58,168 nt of DNA, taken from a virus (lineage: Duplodnaviria > Caudoviricetes). Of this stretch, positions 17,857-28,000 are shown piece after piece (the stretch's first letter is position 1; each line of letters starts with the position of its first letter). The stretch covers positions 1 to 58,168 of the IMG/VR virus record IMGVR_UViG_3300010354_000103. One strand, 5' to 3'. Under the pieces are notes generated by a model. It was given only the letters and a program-made list of their open reading frames with translations, had not been told where the DNA came from and searched no databases. The translations under genes were made by a program, and so were the position numbers.

Positions 17857-19356
17857 TCAAATACTTCTTGTAGATTGCCAATTACCAAAAGCAGCAGAAC
17901 CTTGTGGTTTGATTCTAATTTGAGCATCAGAATTATCGGTTTTAATTTCAACTGATATGTCTACATCATCAACAGTAACTGAAGTAGGACTAGACAAATA
18001 CTGATTAGGTGTATTGGATACCTGATCAATATCTGGATACGGATAAGCACCAGAATTGTCACCGAAATCAAAAGTTTCTTCTACATCAGGTGCTCTAGTT
18101 CTTATAGTTATTGAACTACTACATGTTCCTACGGTATAACTCAAAACTTTAGGAGAAGTTTTCAATCCAGATGGATCTGTATTAAAAGGGTCTGATGTAA
18201 ATCTCAACCAAAAACCTTGACTATTTGTAATGTAAACAACTTGAGAAAAATTGCTATTATTTTTTGAAACTTGCAATCCAGAAGATACTGCTGTAACTGC
18301 TGTTGTCATATCAATTCCTTGTATAGCAGAAACAAAGACAGAATAAGTTGTATTTGGTTCTAAATTTGTTAAAGAAACACCACTAGTAGTTGTAGAAGGG
18401 GCGCTACAACTAGTCGGAGTATTATCATTATATACATATGCCGTAGCATTGCTAGTAATTGTTCCACCTGGACCAGTGGCAGTTAAAGTATAAGTTTTTG
18501 ATGCTGGAGAATTTGTACCAACTACGGATTGCAATCCAGAATTAATAGTTTTTGTTGTTAAATTAGTAACACTTCCTACTCCTTGATTGATACTCAAACT
18601 ATCAGCATATTGTGTTGACCATGTGAATGTAATTTCATCACTAGGAACACCTGTAGTTCCACTAGTTTGTGTACTGGCAGTAAAAAAGTCTATTACAGGA
18701 GCGTAATAATCCCACACAAGTCTTGCCGCTCCATCCGCGCCTGCACCAGCTTCTCCACCATTGTTGTTACCAGCACCTCCGCCCCCATAAAATCTACCAT
18801 TTCTCCCCCCTGGACACCCATTACTACTACCAGCTAAATTTGTTCCTGCACCTCCAGTATTTGATCCACAATATCCAGAATTATTATTTTCATTTCCAGC
18901 GCCGCCACCTTCTTTTGTGCTGTCATCATCTCTACCAACACCACCATTATTATAGATGTCGCCAGGAGCAGATCCTGAAATAGATCCACCACCACCAGCA
19001 ACACCACCATTATTATCTGTTCCTCCGTTACCGCCATCAGCATATAAACTAAGATTTCCCCCAATTACACTAGTTCTTTTTCCTGGATTTGAATTATTAT
19101 TCCCAGGTTGAGCACCTCCAGATCCAACTCTTATCGTAATATTTGTTCCACCAGGAATAGTTCTAGTTGCTCTGGCAAATCCACCACCACCTCCACCAGT
19201 TCCATCCTCGTCACCATTTTTATCTTTATATCCAGATCCACCACCACCAATACAAGTAGCAGTTACATTTTTACAAGCAAAAGGAGCAGTCCAAGTATAT
19301 TGAGTTTGATTGTTGCCAGTGTTATCACCACCGTAAGTAAAATCTTGACTAGGCAT
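17857..19356 (-). CDS. Gly-rich adhesin-like virion protein, paralogue 3
   Basis: Head with TCIGGGGSG...GGGGG glycine-rich domain; shared C-terminal region. Confidence 0.75.
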   Translation of the reverse strand: MPSQDFTYGGDNTGNNQTQYTWTAPFACKNVTATCIGGGGSGYKDKNGDEDGTGGGGGGFARATRTIPGGTNITIRVGSGGAQPGNNNSNPGKRTSVIGGNLSLYADGGNGGTDNNGGVAGGGGSISGSAPGDIYNNGGVGRDDDSTKEGGGAGNENNNSGYCGSNTGGAGTNLAGSSNGCPGGRNGRFYGGGGAGNNNGGEAGAGADGAARLVWDYYAPVIDFFTASTQTSGTTGVPSDEITFTWSTQYADSLSINQGVGSVTNLTTKTINSGLQSVVGTNSPASKTYTLTATGPGGTITSNATAYVYNDNTPTSCSAPSTTTSGVSLTNLEPNTTYSVFVSAIQGIDMTTAVTAVSSGLQVSKNNSNFSQVVYITNSQGFWLRFTSDPFNTDPSGLKTSPKVLSYTVGTCSSSITIRTRAPDVEETFDFGDNSGAYPYPDIDQVSNTPNQYLSSPTSVTVDDVDISVEIKTDNSDAQIRIKPQGSAAFGNWQSTRSI

Positions 19357-20669
19357 TATGCTGTTGTATTAATTGAATTTAGAGTTCCAGAATTTCTGGT
19401 ATTAAATTGTGTGGGAGTTGTATTTGTAACAAGACCACTTCTAGCAGTTATAGATCCAAATGAGATGGTCAAAAATCCCTGTCTTAAATATACCCAACTA
19501 CCAAAAGATGAATTACCAAAAGTTTTAATTCTAACTTGTGTTTCTGAATTATTAGAAACCATTTCGGTTCCTTCTGGAGTTGCTAATTCAACATTATCAA
19601 CTGTCAAAGTAGTAGGACTAGTAATATAAGGTGTAGGACTATTAGAAATTTGATCAATATCTGGATATGGGAATACAGTAGTAGAATCTCCATAGTCAAA
19701 TATTTCATTTATATTTGGAGCTCGAGTTTGTACATCAAAATATCTTCTCACTGGACCAATATCAATATAAAGATTTTTAGTATTAACAAGACCATTTGGA
19801 TCAGTATTAAATGCTAATGTAGTAGATCTCACAAAAAATGACTGATTATTAGTAATAAAGATATTATTAGACCAGCTAGTAGCAGTTAATGATAATTCAC
19901 ATCCAGAAGATGCTTGAACATATGTTGGCATATCAATTCCGCTAATAGGCCCAACAGTCCATTGATATGTTGTATTTGGTTCTTTATTTAATTGAGACTG
20001 AACAGTATAATCATTACAAACATTATCATTATAAGCAGAAACTGTAATAGTTGAAGTTACAGACTCATTTATTTCATTTTTTACTGTAAGAGTATATGTT
20101 CTAGTAGCAGGAGAAGTAGTTCCAGTTGTTGATTGTGGTAAATTAGTAATATTTAAATTACCACCCAACGAACTAACATTCCACGTTTCACCAGATCCAC
20201 TAGTTATAGTGGCACTTCCTCCACTACCATTTGTAGTTGTCCAAGTTAATGTTGTTGTATAAAGAGGAGAACCTCCACTACTATTTTGAGGATTCGGGGA
20301 AGCAGTAAAAGTATTAATTACTGGTACAGGAACAAATACTTGCTGAGTGCCACTAGCAGTTAATTGAATATAAAGTCTCTTATAAGTTCCTACACAAGGA
20401 TCGCCAAAAGTTCCATTTGATGGATTAACAGATCCCGAAGTTTTGCCAATGAAAGCATTAGAAACTACACCAAATGAAGATCCAGCATGGCATCCACCAT
20501 AACTATATGATCCACAAGAACCATTTGGTGTGCCATAACTAGCAAAATTTACTGAAGTAAAAGTTGTAGAATATGTAGCATCATTAGGAGCACTTAAAGA
20601 TATAGCTCCACAGTTTTCACAATTACTTCCACAAACTGTAGTTGAATAAGGTATTGATTTAAATCCCAT
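19356..20669 (-). CDS. adhesin-like virion protein with SUEL/galactose-rhamnose lectin head, paralogue 2
   Basis: FASYGTPNGSCG...GCHA...FGDPCVGTYKRL motif; shared C-terminal region. Confidence 0.8.
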   Translation of the reverse strand: MGFKSIPYSTTVCGSNCENCGAISLSAPNDATYSTTFTSVNFASYGTPNGSCGSYSYGGCHAGSSFGVVSNAFIGKTSGSVNPSNGTFGDPCVGTYKRLYIQLTASGTQQVFVPVPVINTFTASPNPQNSSGGSPLYTTTLTWTTTNGSGGSATITSGSGETWNVSSLGGNLNITNLPQSTTGTTSPATRTYTLTVKNEINESVTSTITVSAYNDNVCNDYTVQSQLNKEPNTTYQWTVGPISGIDMPTYVQASSGCELSLTATSWSNNIFITNNQSFFVRSTTLAFNTDPNGLVNTKNLYIDIGPVRRYFDVQTRAPNINEIFDYGDSTTVFPYPDIDQISNSPTPYITSPTTLTVDNVELATPEGTEMVSNNSETQVRIKTFGNSSFGSWVYLRQGFLTISFGSITARSGLVTNTTPTQFNTRNSGTLNSINTTA

Positions 20670-20671
20670 GT

Positions 20672-22282
20672 TTATATTCCTCTAGGTGTTTGCCAAGATC
20701 CAAATGTAGTTTCTCCCTGTTGTTTAACTCTTATTTGAGCATCAGGATTATCTACTTTAATTTCAACGTCTACATCAACATCATCAATAGTAACAGTTGT
20801 CGGACTTACTATATATTGACTTGGTGTATTAGACATTTGATCAATATCTGGATATGGATAATCATTTGTATCATCACCAAAATCAAATGTTTCTGATGTA
20901 TCTGGAGCTCTAGTAGTAGCATAAAAACTAGAGTTCGTAGACCCAATTGAGAATTCAATTAATCTCGGATTAGTTATCCCAAATCCATTTGAATCAGTAA
21001 GATATGAATTAGCAAAAAATCTAATATAAACATATTGGTTAATTGTTGGATAGATAACATTTGACCAATTAACTTTATTTACAGAAAGGTCTACACCAGA
21101 AGTGAAAGATTCTGCCTTAACAATCATGTCAATACCAGTTATTGGACCTATACTAACAATATATTTTGATGAATTAGGTTCTAATTGATTTAAAGGATAT
21201 GAAACTCCAGTAGTCTGAAGTTCAGCAGTACTTGGTATAGTATATGTATTTGGTGTGTTGTCGTTGTAAACTTGTACCGTAACGGTTGTTGATGTAGTTA
21301 TAGTAGGAGTAACAGATGAAGAAGCATATGCTATCAATGTATAAGTTTTTGATGCTGGAGAATTTGTACCAGTTACTGATTGTAATCCTGTATTCACACC
21401 AGTTTTAAAACTATTGAGATTAGTATCTTGATGAATGAGAGTTGCTCCATCATATATTCGTATGTAAGCAGCATCAGAAACTTGCCATATAAGTTTAACT
21501 GTGTTGTCTGGCACCCCAACAGTTCCACTAGTTTGTGGTATTGGATCGTAAGTAAAAGTAGTTATTACTGGTGTAATAGCAGTATATGAAACTGTAATAT
21601 ATCCACCACCATTATAACTATCTTGACCAGTTAAAGTAGTTTGAGCAGCTCTATATTGACTTCCTCCAGCACCGCCACCCGAAGCTGATCCACCATTATC
21701 ACAACCACCGCCGCCACCACTACCACCTCCAGCACCACCGCCGCCACCACCACCTCCAGATCCATCACCACAGGAGGCTCCATTGCCATCGCCACCTCCG
21801 CTAGCACCAATACCACCCACATTAGAAAATCCACCAGAAGATCCACCGCCGCCGCCGCTACGATTCCATGCTCCGCCACCACCACCGCCACCGCCACCAG
21901 CGACAATGATATATCCATTTACGGTAGAATCATATACGCCAGATCCACCTCCACCACCACCACCCGATCCAGAACAACCGCTGGCAGATCCACCTCGACC
22001 ACCAGAAATACTACCACTACTACGATTAGTTCCTCTACCAAAACATCCTGGACCACCTTCACCAGCGCCGCCTGGTTGTAAAGTTAATGTCCTAGAAACG
22101 TAATTAGGAAGAGTAAAATATCCTCGTCTAGCAGATCCACCACCACCGCCACTACCATTTGAATCAGATCCACCACCTCCACCAGATCCTCCAGCAACAA
22201 CTAATGATATATTGAAAGCATCAGAAGGAATGGTGATAGTAGCATTTGATGTATATGTTTGATTAAAATTAATTGATGACAT
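20672..22282 (-). CDS. Gly-rich adhesin-like virion protein, paralogue 1
   Basis: Poly-Gly head; shared C-terminal region. Confidence 0.75.
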   Translation of the reverse strand: MSSINFNQTYTSNATITIPSDAFNISLVVAGGSGGGGGSDSNGSGGGGGSARRGYFTLPNYVSRTLTLQPGGAGEGGPGCFGRGTNRSSGSISGGRGGSASGCSGSGGGGGGGSGVYDSTVNGYIIVAGGGGGGGGGAWNRSGGGGGSSGGFSNVGGIGASGGGDGNGASCGDGSGGGGGGGGAGGGSGGGGGCDNGGSASGGGAGGSQYRAAQTTLTGQDSYNGGGYITVSYTAITPVITTFTYDPIPQTSGTVGVPDNTVKLIWQVSDAAYIRIYDGATLIHQDTNLNSFKTGVNTGLQSVTGTNSPASKTYTLIAYASSSVTPTITTSTTVTVQVYNDNTPNTYTIPSTAELQTTGVSYPLNQLEPNSSKYIVSIGPITGIDMIVKAESFTSGVDLSVNKVNWSNVIYPTINQYVYIRFFANSYLTDSNGFGITNPRLIEFSIGSTNSSFYATTRAPDTSETFDFGDDTNDYPYPDIDQMSNTPSQYIVSPTTVTIDDVDVDVEIKVDNPDAQIRVKQQGETTFGSWQTPRGI

Positions 22283-22523
22283 TATTATTTTTCTGTATTA
22301 AATACTCAGAATATTCTTTTTCAATTTGATTAATTACATCTTGGGAAGTAATATTGTGAGATTCAACCAACTCCTTCGCTAATTTATCTAGATAATCATT
22401 TAATTTGTTATCTCCACATTTTTGAAAATAACGATTTAAAATAAGATTAAACGGCGTAGTAGCGTAATAAATTTTCTGTAGTAAATCGATATTTCCGTTT
22501 CTAGTTCCTTCTGGTATCATCAT
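22269..22523 (-). CDS. hypothetical helical protein, 84 aa
   Basis: ORF between the collar protein and the first adhesin; paralogue at 17439..17822. Confidence 0.7.
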   Translation of the reverse strand: MMIPEGTRNGNIDLLQKIYYATTPFNLILNRYFQKCGDNKLNDYLDKLAKELVESHNITSQDVINQIEKEYSEYLIQKNNNVIN

Positions 22524-22528
22524 ATTTT

Positions 22529-23422
22529 TTAAATTTTTATAATATATTCCATTATTATGTATGGCATAGAAGCATTATCAAGTTTTAGAACATTTTCGAC
22601 AGACAAACTAATTGTTGTTTCAAGTCCATTGGGATCTATAATTTGATTATCAAGATATTGAAAATTAAAAGTAGTATTAGATTTTAACTGAGTTGCTGTT
22701 GGAAAAACTATTTGGTGGTTATGACTAGGATTATTAGAAGCATTTGAAGGAGCACTTATAGTAACTAAGTTGTTAGAACCTTCTGTTTTTCCTGTGCTAG
22801 CACCAGATCCACCATTTTCTTCCCAACCACTGTCTTTCCATTTACCAAGATATGTAAACACACCAACATCAGCATCATGTCCGTGAGCCTGAAAGTTATC
22901 TTCTGTTAAAAAGTCACTCGGAGTATATCCACTATTGTCTCCAGAAAAAAATGGATTACCATTAAATTTTATTTGTGTCGCTCCAGAAAGTTCAAATTCT
23001 CCAGAATAAGTGATCGTCACTTGATCCCCGACTAAACTATCAACTTCGGTCTCAATTCCAACTTTTTGTAGTGACGTATCTTGAGCAGTAGTAAGATTTA
23101 AATATTGTCCAGAAGCATTTGAACATCTAATATATTTTGATCCTAAGTCAGGTAATTGTATTTCATCTGCTGCTATTGCGCCTGCCCCAGAAGTTATTTT
23201 AGCAAATCTACAACTTGTTCCAACACCAATTACAGATGCTAATACAGGAAATAAATCTGCTTTATAAATTGCTCCATCACATCGTAAAAATCCAGCTGGA
23301 AGATATGTTTTCCACGATCCTTGATCGGGAAGATTTGTTGCTGGTAATTGTCTAGTAAAAGGTAGGATAGTTCCTGTAGTACCACCAAACTTTGCTTTTT
23401 CGTTAGTATAATACTTTGCCAT
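22529..23422 (-). CDS. tail collar domain fibre protein, 297 aa
   Basis: GTILPF...PAGFLRCDG...FPVLASVIG...LPDL; HGH/HNH motifs; MEYIIKI end. Confidence 0.8.
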   Translation of the reverse strand: MAKYYTNEKAKFGGTTGTILPFTRQLPATNLPDQGSWKTYLPAGFLRCDGAIYKADLFPVLASVIGVGTSCRFAKITSGAGAIAADEIQLPDLGSKYIRCSNASGQYLNLTTAQDTSLQKVGIETEVDSLVGDQVTITYSGEFELSGATQIKFNGNPFFSGDNSGYTPSDFLTEDNFQAHGHDADVGVFTYLGKWKDSGWEENGGSGASTGKTEGSNNLVTISAPSNASNNPSHNHQIVFPTATQLKSNTTFNFQYLDNQIIDPNGLETTISLSVENVLKLDNASMPYIIMEYIIKI

Positions 23423-23423
23423 T

Positions 23424-25055
23424 CTAGAATGCCCTGATTAGATTAGTGATAGCTAATGAAGCTGTTGGTATAGTAAATATAATTTGAAATGCCGAAGGCA
23501 CGTTATCTGGAGTTAAATTTGGAACTACACTAGCAGTAATTGACTCTGGAATAAACAAACTACCGTTATTATAAGTAATATTCATAGATCCTTGGTGATC
23601 ATGTGGTTGAATTACATCAAGTACTGTCAAATTAGTTCTAGTTGTTTTAGTAAAACTAGTTGCTGATGTATTAAAAAGAACTTTTTGTGGAGCCTGTGTT
23701 AAATCACTACCCAATCCACCAGCTAAACCATCATCATAATTTATATAGTAATTCAAAGCTTTATCATCGGAAAAAGGTATATAAGTTCCTTCTCGTATCT
23801 TTCCATCAGCAATTAATGTTGCTAAAGCATTGCTACCAGAGCTAACATTATTATTACCATCTCTCAATTTTATAGCATCAGTAAACCAGTTTTTACCTAT
23901 ACCATGACCAGATGATGCTGTATATAATGGTGTATGAGTTCTTGCTGGCAAAGTTCCAGCGACAGATCCCAGAGCATATCTACCAACTCCAGTTTCAAAA
24001 GGAGAACTAATAGTAACTCTTCCAGTAGATTTTGATTGTCCCCATTCATTGTATCCATCTAGGTGTCCATTTGTTCCACATTCAGAATCTTTTCTTTGGC
24101 AAAAAATACCATAAATGTTATATAAACAGTAAGCATAATCACCAATTGTGACTTGAGCATTTTCAAAAACTCCAACCCCACTACCAGGAGCGTCAGCAGC
24201 ATCATTTTTATTAGTTGTATAATAAGATCCTGGATGTAAATGCTGAGGGAAATGTTGTCTACCTAATTTTCTAGGAACAATATAGACTGGCGTAATATCA
24301 AAACCTGGAGTAAATCTTAAATTAGTGCCATCAGTATGTTTAATTAATCCTTGGAAAAATCCATTACCAATTCCAGTTACAGTAATAGTAATATTATTAG
24401 CACTAGAAGAACCGCCAATTAAATTAAAAGGAATGGTCAAAGTATTTCCAACAGCATATCCAGATCCTTTTTGTTTTAAAATAACCGTATATGTTTGGTT
24501 GGTATTTTTAACTACATTAAAAAATGCTCCAGTACCATTCCCTGTAGTTGTAGTAGCAGCAATATTACTATAAAGAGTTGTAGTAGTAGCTGTTGGAGCA
24601 GTTCCAGTGTATGTAAATGTGGTGATAATACCATCAGGATCTGGAGTATAACTAAAATTTAAATCTGTTCTGGCATATACAGTCTGTGGTGGACCTAAAT
24701 CTCCTTCATCTCCAATATATTGACTCACAACAGCAGCAGCTGCTGGAGTGTCTACATTTATTGTTGGTTGTGCTAATGTATTTGAAGTAAAATAAGATAC
24801 AGAAATATCAGCCAGTCCTTTCTGATTTATGGTCGGCAATTTGAAAGTTCCAGAATAATTCGGAAATGTTCCACTAACGTTTCCACCATAACTATCTTTT
24901 AATTTTCTTGCCAGTAAAGGATATTCATTAGCATTTAATTCTGCTCCATTACATAGTAACCAACCTTTTGGAATTTTAGTTAATGCTCCCACCCATGGCA
25001 CAACCGATCCAATTGGTTGTGCCTCTGCTGTACGTACTATGTTGTATGATGTCAT
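23424..25055 (-). CDS. tail collar domain fibre protein, 543 aa
   Basis: PIGSVVPW...IPKGWLLCNG...YPLLA...FKLP; HLH/HDH motifs; LIRAF end. Confidence 0.8.
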   Translation of the reverse strand: MTSYNIVRTAEAQPIGSVVPWVGALTKIPKGWLLCNGAELNANEYPLLARKLKDSYGGNVSGTFPNYSGTFKLPTINQKGLADISVSYFTSNTLAQPTINVDTPAAAAVVSQYIGDEGDLGPPQTVYARTDLNFSYTPDPDGIITTFTYTGTAPTATTTTLYSNIAATTTTGNGTGAFFNVVKNTNQTYTVILKQKGSGYAVGNTLTIPFNLIGGSSSANNITITVTGIGNGFFQGLIKHTDGTNLRFTPGFDITPVYIVPRKLGRQHFPQHLHPGSYYTTNKNDAADAPGSGVGVFENAQVTIGDYAYCLYNIYGIFCQRKDSECGTNGHLDGYNEWGQSKSTGRVTISSPFETGVGRYALGSVAGTLPARTHTPLYTASSGHGIGKNWFTDAIKLRDGNNNVSSGSNALATLIADGKIREGTYIPFSDDKALNYYINYDDGLAGGLGSDLTQAPQKVLFNTSATSFTKTTRTNLTVLDVIQPHDHQGSMNITYNNGSLFIPESITASVVPNLTPDNVPSAFQIIFTIPTASLAITNLIRAF

Positions 25056-25056
25056 C

Positions 25057-28000
25057 TTAGATCTCCATTAACCACCAACCTTGTTGAGTAGTAGGGGCAC
25101 CAGTAGCAGTGCCATCATAATTTGTAGCTCCAATAAAGATTAAACCAAGAGCAGCATTTGGTGTTTGAACTATTAGTTCCCCTCCATTATATGTAGATCC
25201 TGGATCAGGTGAACCACCAGAGTTGGTAGAATCTCCCTGAATTTTAATTCCAGTTGGAGCTCTAAACTTCAACGAAGTATTGTAAGTTAATAATCCACCA
25301 ACATCTACAACTCGAATCATATCTCCAGTAGTTGGAGCAATTGGCAACTTGATAACTGTATTAGCGGAAGCAGCAACAAAGTAATTAACGTTAGAAACAG
25401 CTTCGATAATTTCTACACCACCACCAGCATAAACCCACTTTCTAGCACCAGTAGGAGTAAAGAATCCAGATTGTCCAGCAAAATCAATAGCGCCAGTATT
25501 ATTAACTTTAAATATGTTAGTTTCTGTAGTTACGCCGCCATTTGTTACTAACTTATTGACAGTAAGATCACCACCAGTAAGTCTTATATCACCGCTGAAA
25601 ACGTTTTCTCCTGTACCATTTGAAGTTAAAGTTCCACTAATTGTTAGATTACCAGTTGAATTTTGTAGTGTTAATCTATTTGTAGTTCCATCGCTGGCAG
25701 TAATCGTTAAATTACCACCCTTCATTAAAGTGTTTCCTGTAGAACCAGTTACAACAAATTTATCAAATGACTGACCACCAACATTTAGATTACCTTGTAA
25801 GAAGGTATCTCCATTAGAACTTTCGACAATAAATTTAGCATTATTTGATCCAGAAGTGCCATCAGTAACTACTAACTTATCTACACCTGTAGTCGTAGAA
25901 CCAGATAATGTAATTGTTTTATAAGCAGTTGTAGTTCCGTAAATACTAGTATTACCAGTTGTAGATTCAACCACAAATAGTTCTGTTGCTGGAGCTCCAC
26001 CATCATTAACAACAAATCGCTGAATAGATGTTTCTGTAACCCCATTTACATATGTCAATTCTCCTAAGAATCCTTCAGCATTTGGAGATAATCTGAAGAT
26101 GTCACCAATCGTTACAGTTCCACTAAATGTACCAGTAGTGGCGTTTTGGAGTGTTCCATTAATAGGAGCACTTAATGTAGTAGTTAAATAGCTAACATTT
26201 CTAGAAAGGTTATATCTAACAAGTACAGCATTATCTGGGTGATCATGTCTTAAGAACTTATATCCACTAGGAGCAGTGCCATCAGTTACCATTCCTCCAC
26301 TAGAAGTTAATTGATTTCTTGCTCTCTTAACTTTCAATCTTAGTGATGGTGGACCAGAAACGTTATTGATATTAGTAATTTCAACGATTTCAACAAGTTC
26401 GCTGTATTGCTCACCAACTGGAGATAAAGTTGTATTTTGTCCAAGAACTTGTACAGATCTGTCGATAAGTAGATAAGCTCCAACTTCATATTCTAGAGAA
26501 GTTGCTGTTTCTCCTAGTGGCAAATAATATATCTCTTGGTTGGTAGGATCGACTCTCCAAGTAGTATTACCATATGCTGCTAATCCTTCAGTATCAATTG
26601 TCTTATTAATGACTTGTCTCTTAAACAGATCAATATTAAAGTTAGTTGTGTTGTTTCCAGCATTATGAGTTTGTGTAGAAACACCAAATGAACCTCTTCT
26701 TAGCTGGAACTGACCAGAATTTAAACCACCTGCTAAGGTAGTATCGCCATTCATCTGAGTATTGGCGAGAACTAATAATGAGTTTTGAATGGTTGTTGTT
26801 CCACCCAAAGCGCCAATATTAACAGTAGCAGCAGATGTAGCAATATTTGCCTTAGATGTAGTTAGAGTTAAGAAATCAACTTGAGCAGCGTTAGATTGAA
26901 TTCTAGCAATACCAGTAGAGTTTGTTAGTCCTCTACCAAAAGCAATATCACCATCAAATTCAGCATATCTATTATAGACTTTTAAGATACTACCATTTTC
27001 TAAACTGTTACTATTTTTAGCATAACCACCACCAATTCTGACTACGCTAGTTGAAGTTGCTGATGTATTATCAGCCGTTCCAAGATTAACAATTGAAGAT
27101 GTGCCAGCAGAATGAATGTTTAAAGTACCAGTCTGACTAAAAGCACCGAGATTTATAGTTGAAGTGGCAGCAATATTACCGAAGTTAATTGTCTGTGCTG
27201 ATGTGGTAACGCTAGCAATGTTTAAGCTAGTAGCAACGTCAAAAGCATTGACAGAAAGAGCATTTGTTGGTATTAAATTAAAGAATGTAGAACTTGTACT
27301 TAAAGTACCGCCGTTAACTTCAAGATTTGATTGTAATTTAGTATCTTCGGTAATTCTAGCATTTCCAACAACAACAAATGTTCTGTCAAGATCAGTCGAT
27401 AAAGTGCCATTATTTGTCGTATTGATACCGAATCTACCACTATTTGTGGTCATAACACGAATAGTAGCAGCACTATTTGGAGTTGTGCTATCACCACCAA
27501 TCAGTAAAGCATTATCTTCAGAATTAAATGTTCTAGCAGCAAGTGCTGTGTTAGAAATGAAATTATTTGGAGACGTTGAAAGAGTTTTACCACTAATGAA
27601 TACTGTACCCACAACATCTAGATTTGCTCTAGGTTGAACAGCACTCGAAACAAATCCGTTTACTTGATCTCCACCAGCGCCGTGCTGTGCTCTAGCAAGT
27701 GTGTTAATACCTAATCTAAAGTCACCCCAATTATCAGTATTTGTTCTAAGTGCTTCTCCACCTAAAATACCTGTTTCTTTCCAAGCATTTCTAGAAATTT
27801 CTATAGTAGAACCAGTAACCACAGTTGGGTCATTGGGACTTGTAGTAATAACAAACGGACAGATTACAGTAAAGCTAGTAGATGTTTTAGCAGTTACTGC
27901 TCTAATACCATTTACATTAGTAAATCTTCCAGTCAAACCAGCAATTCTTAATACCGATCCAACCACAATATTTACAGCAGCATCTGTAGTTAATACTCCA

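Noticed and set aside
15065-22103. Plus-strand poly-Pro ORFs and CCACCA/CCGCCA microsatellite-like tracts
   Set aside because: Reverse complements of the poly-Gly codons in adhesin heads
13990-22282. Diversity-generating retroelement or shufflon behind adhesin variation
   Set aside because: No reverse transcriptase, no adenine-specific TR/VR pair, and no invertase or inverted cassettes seen in the window
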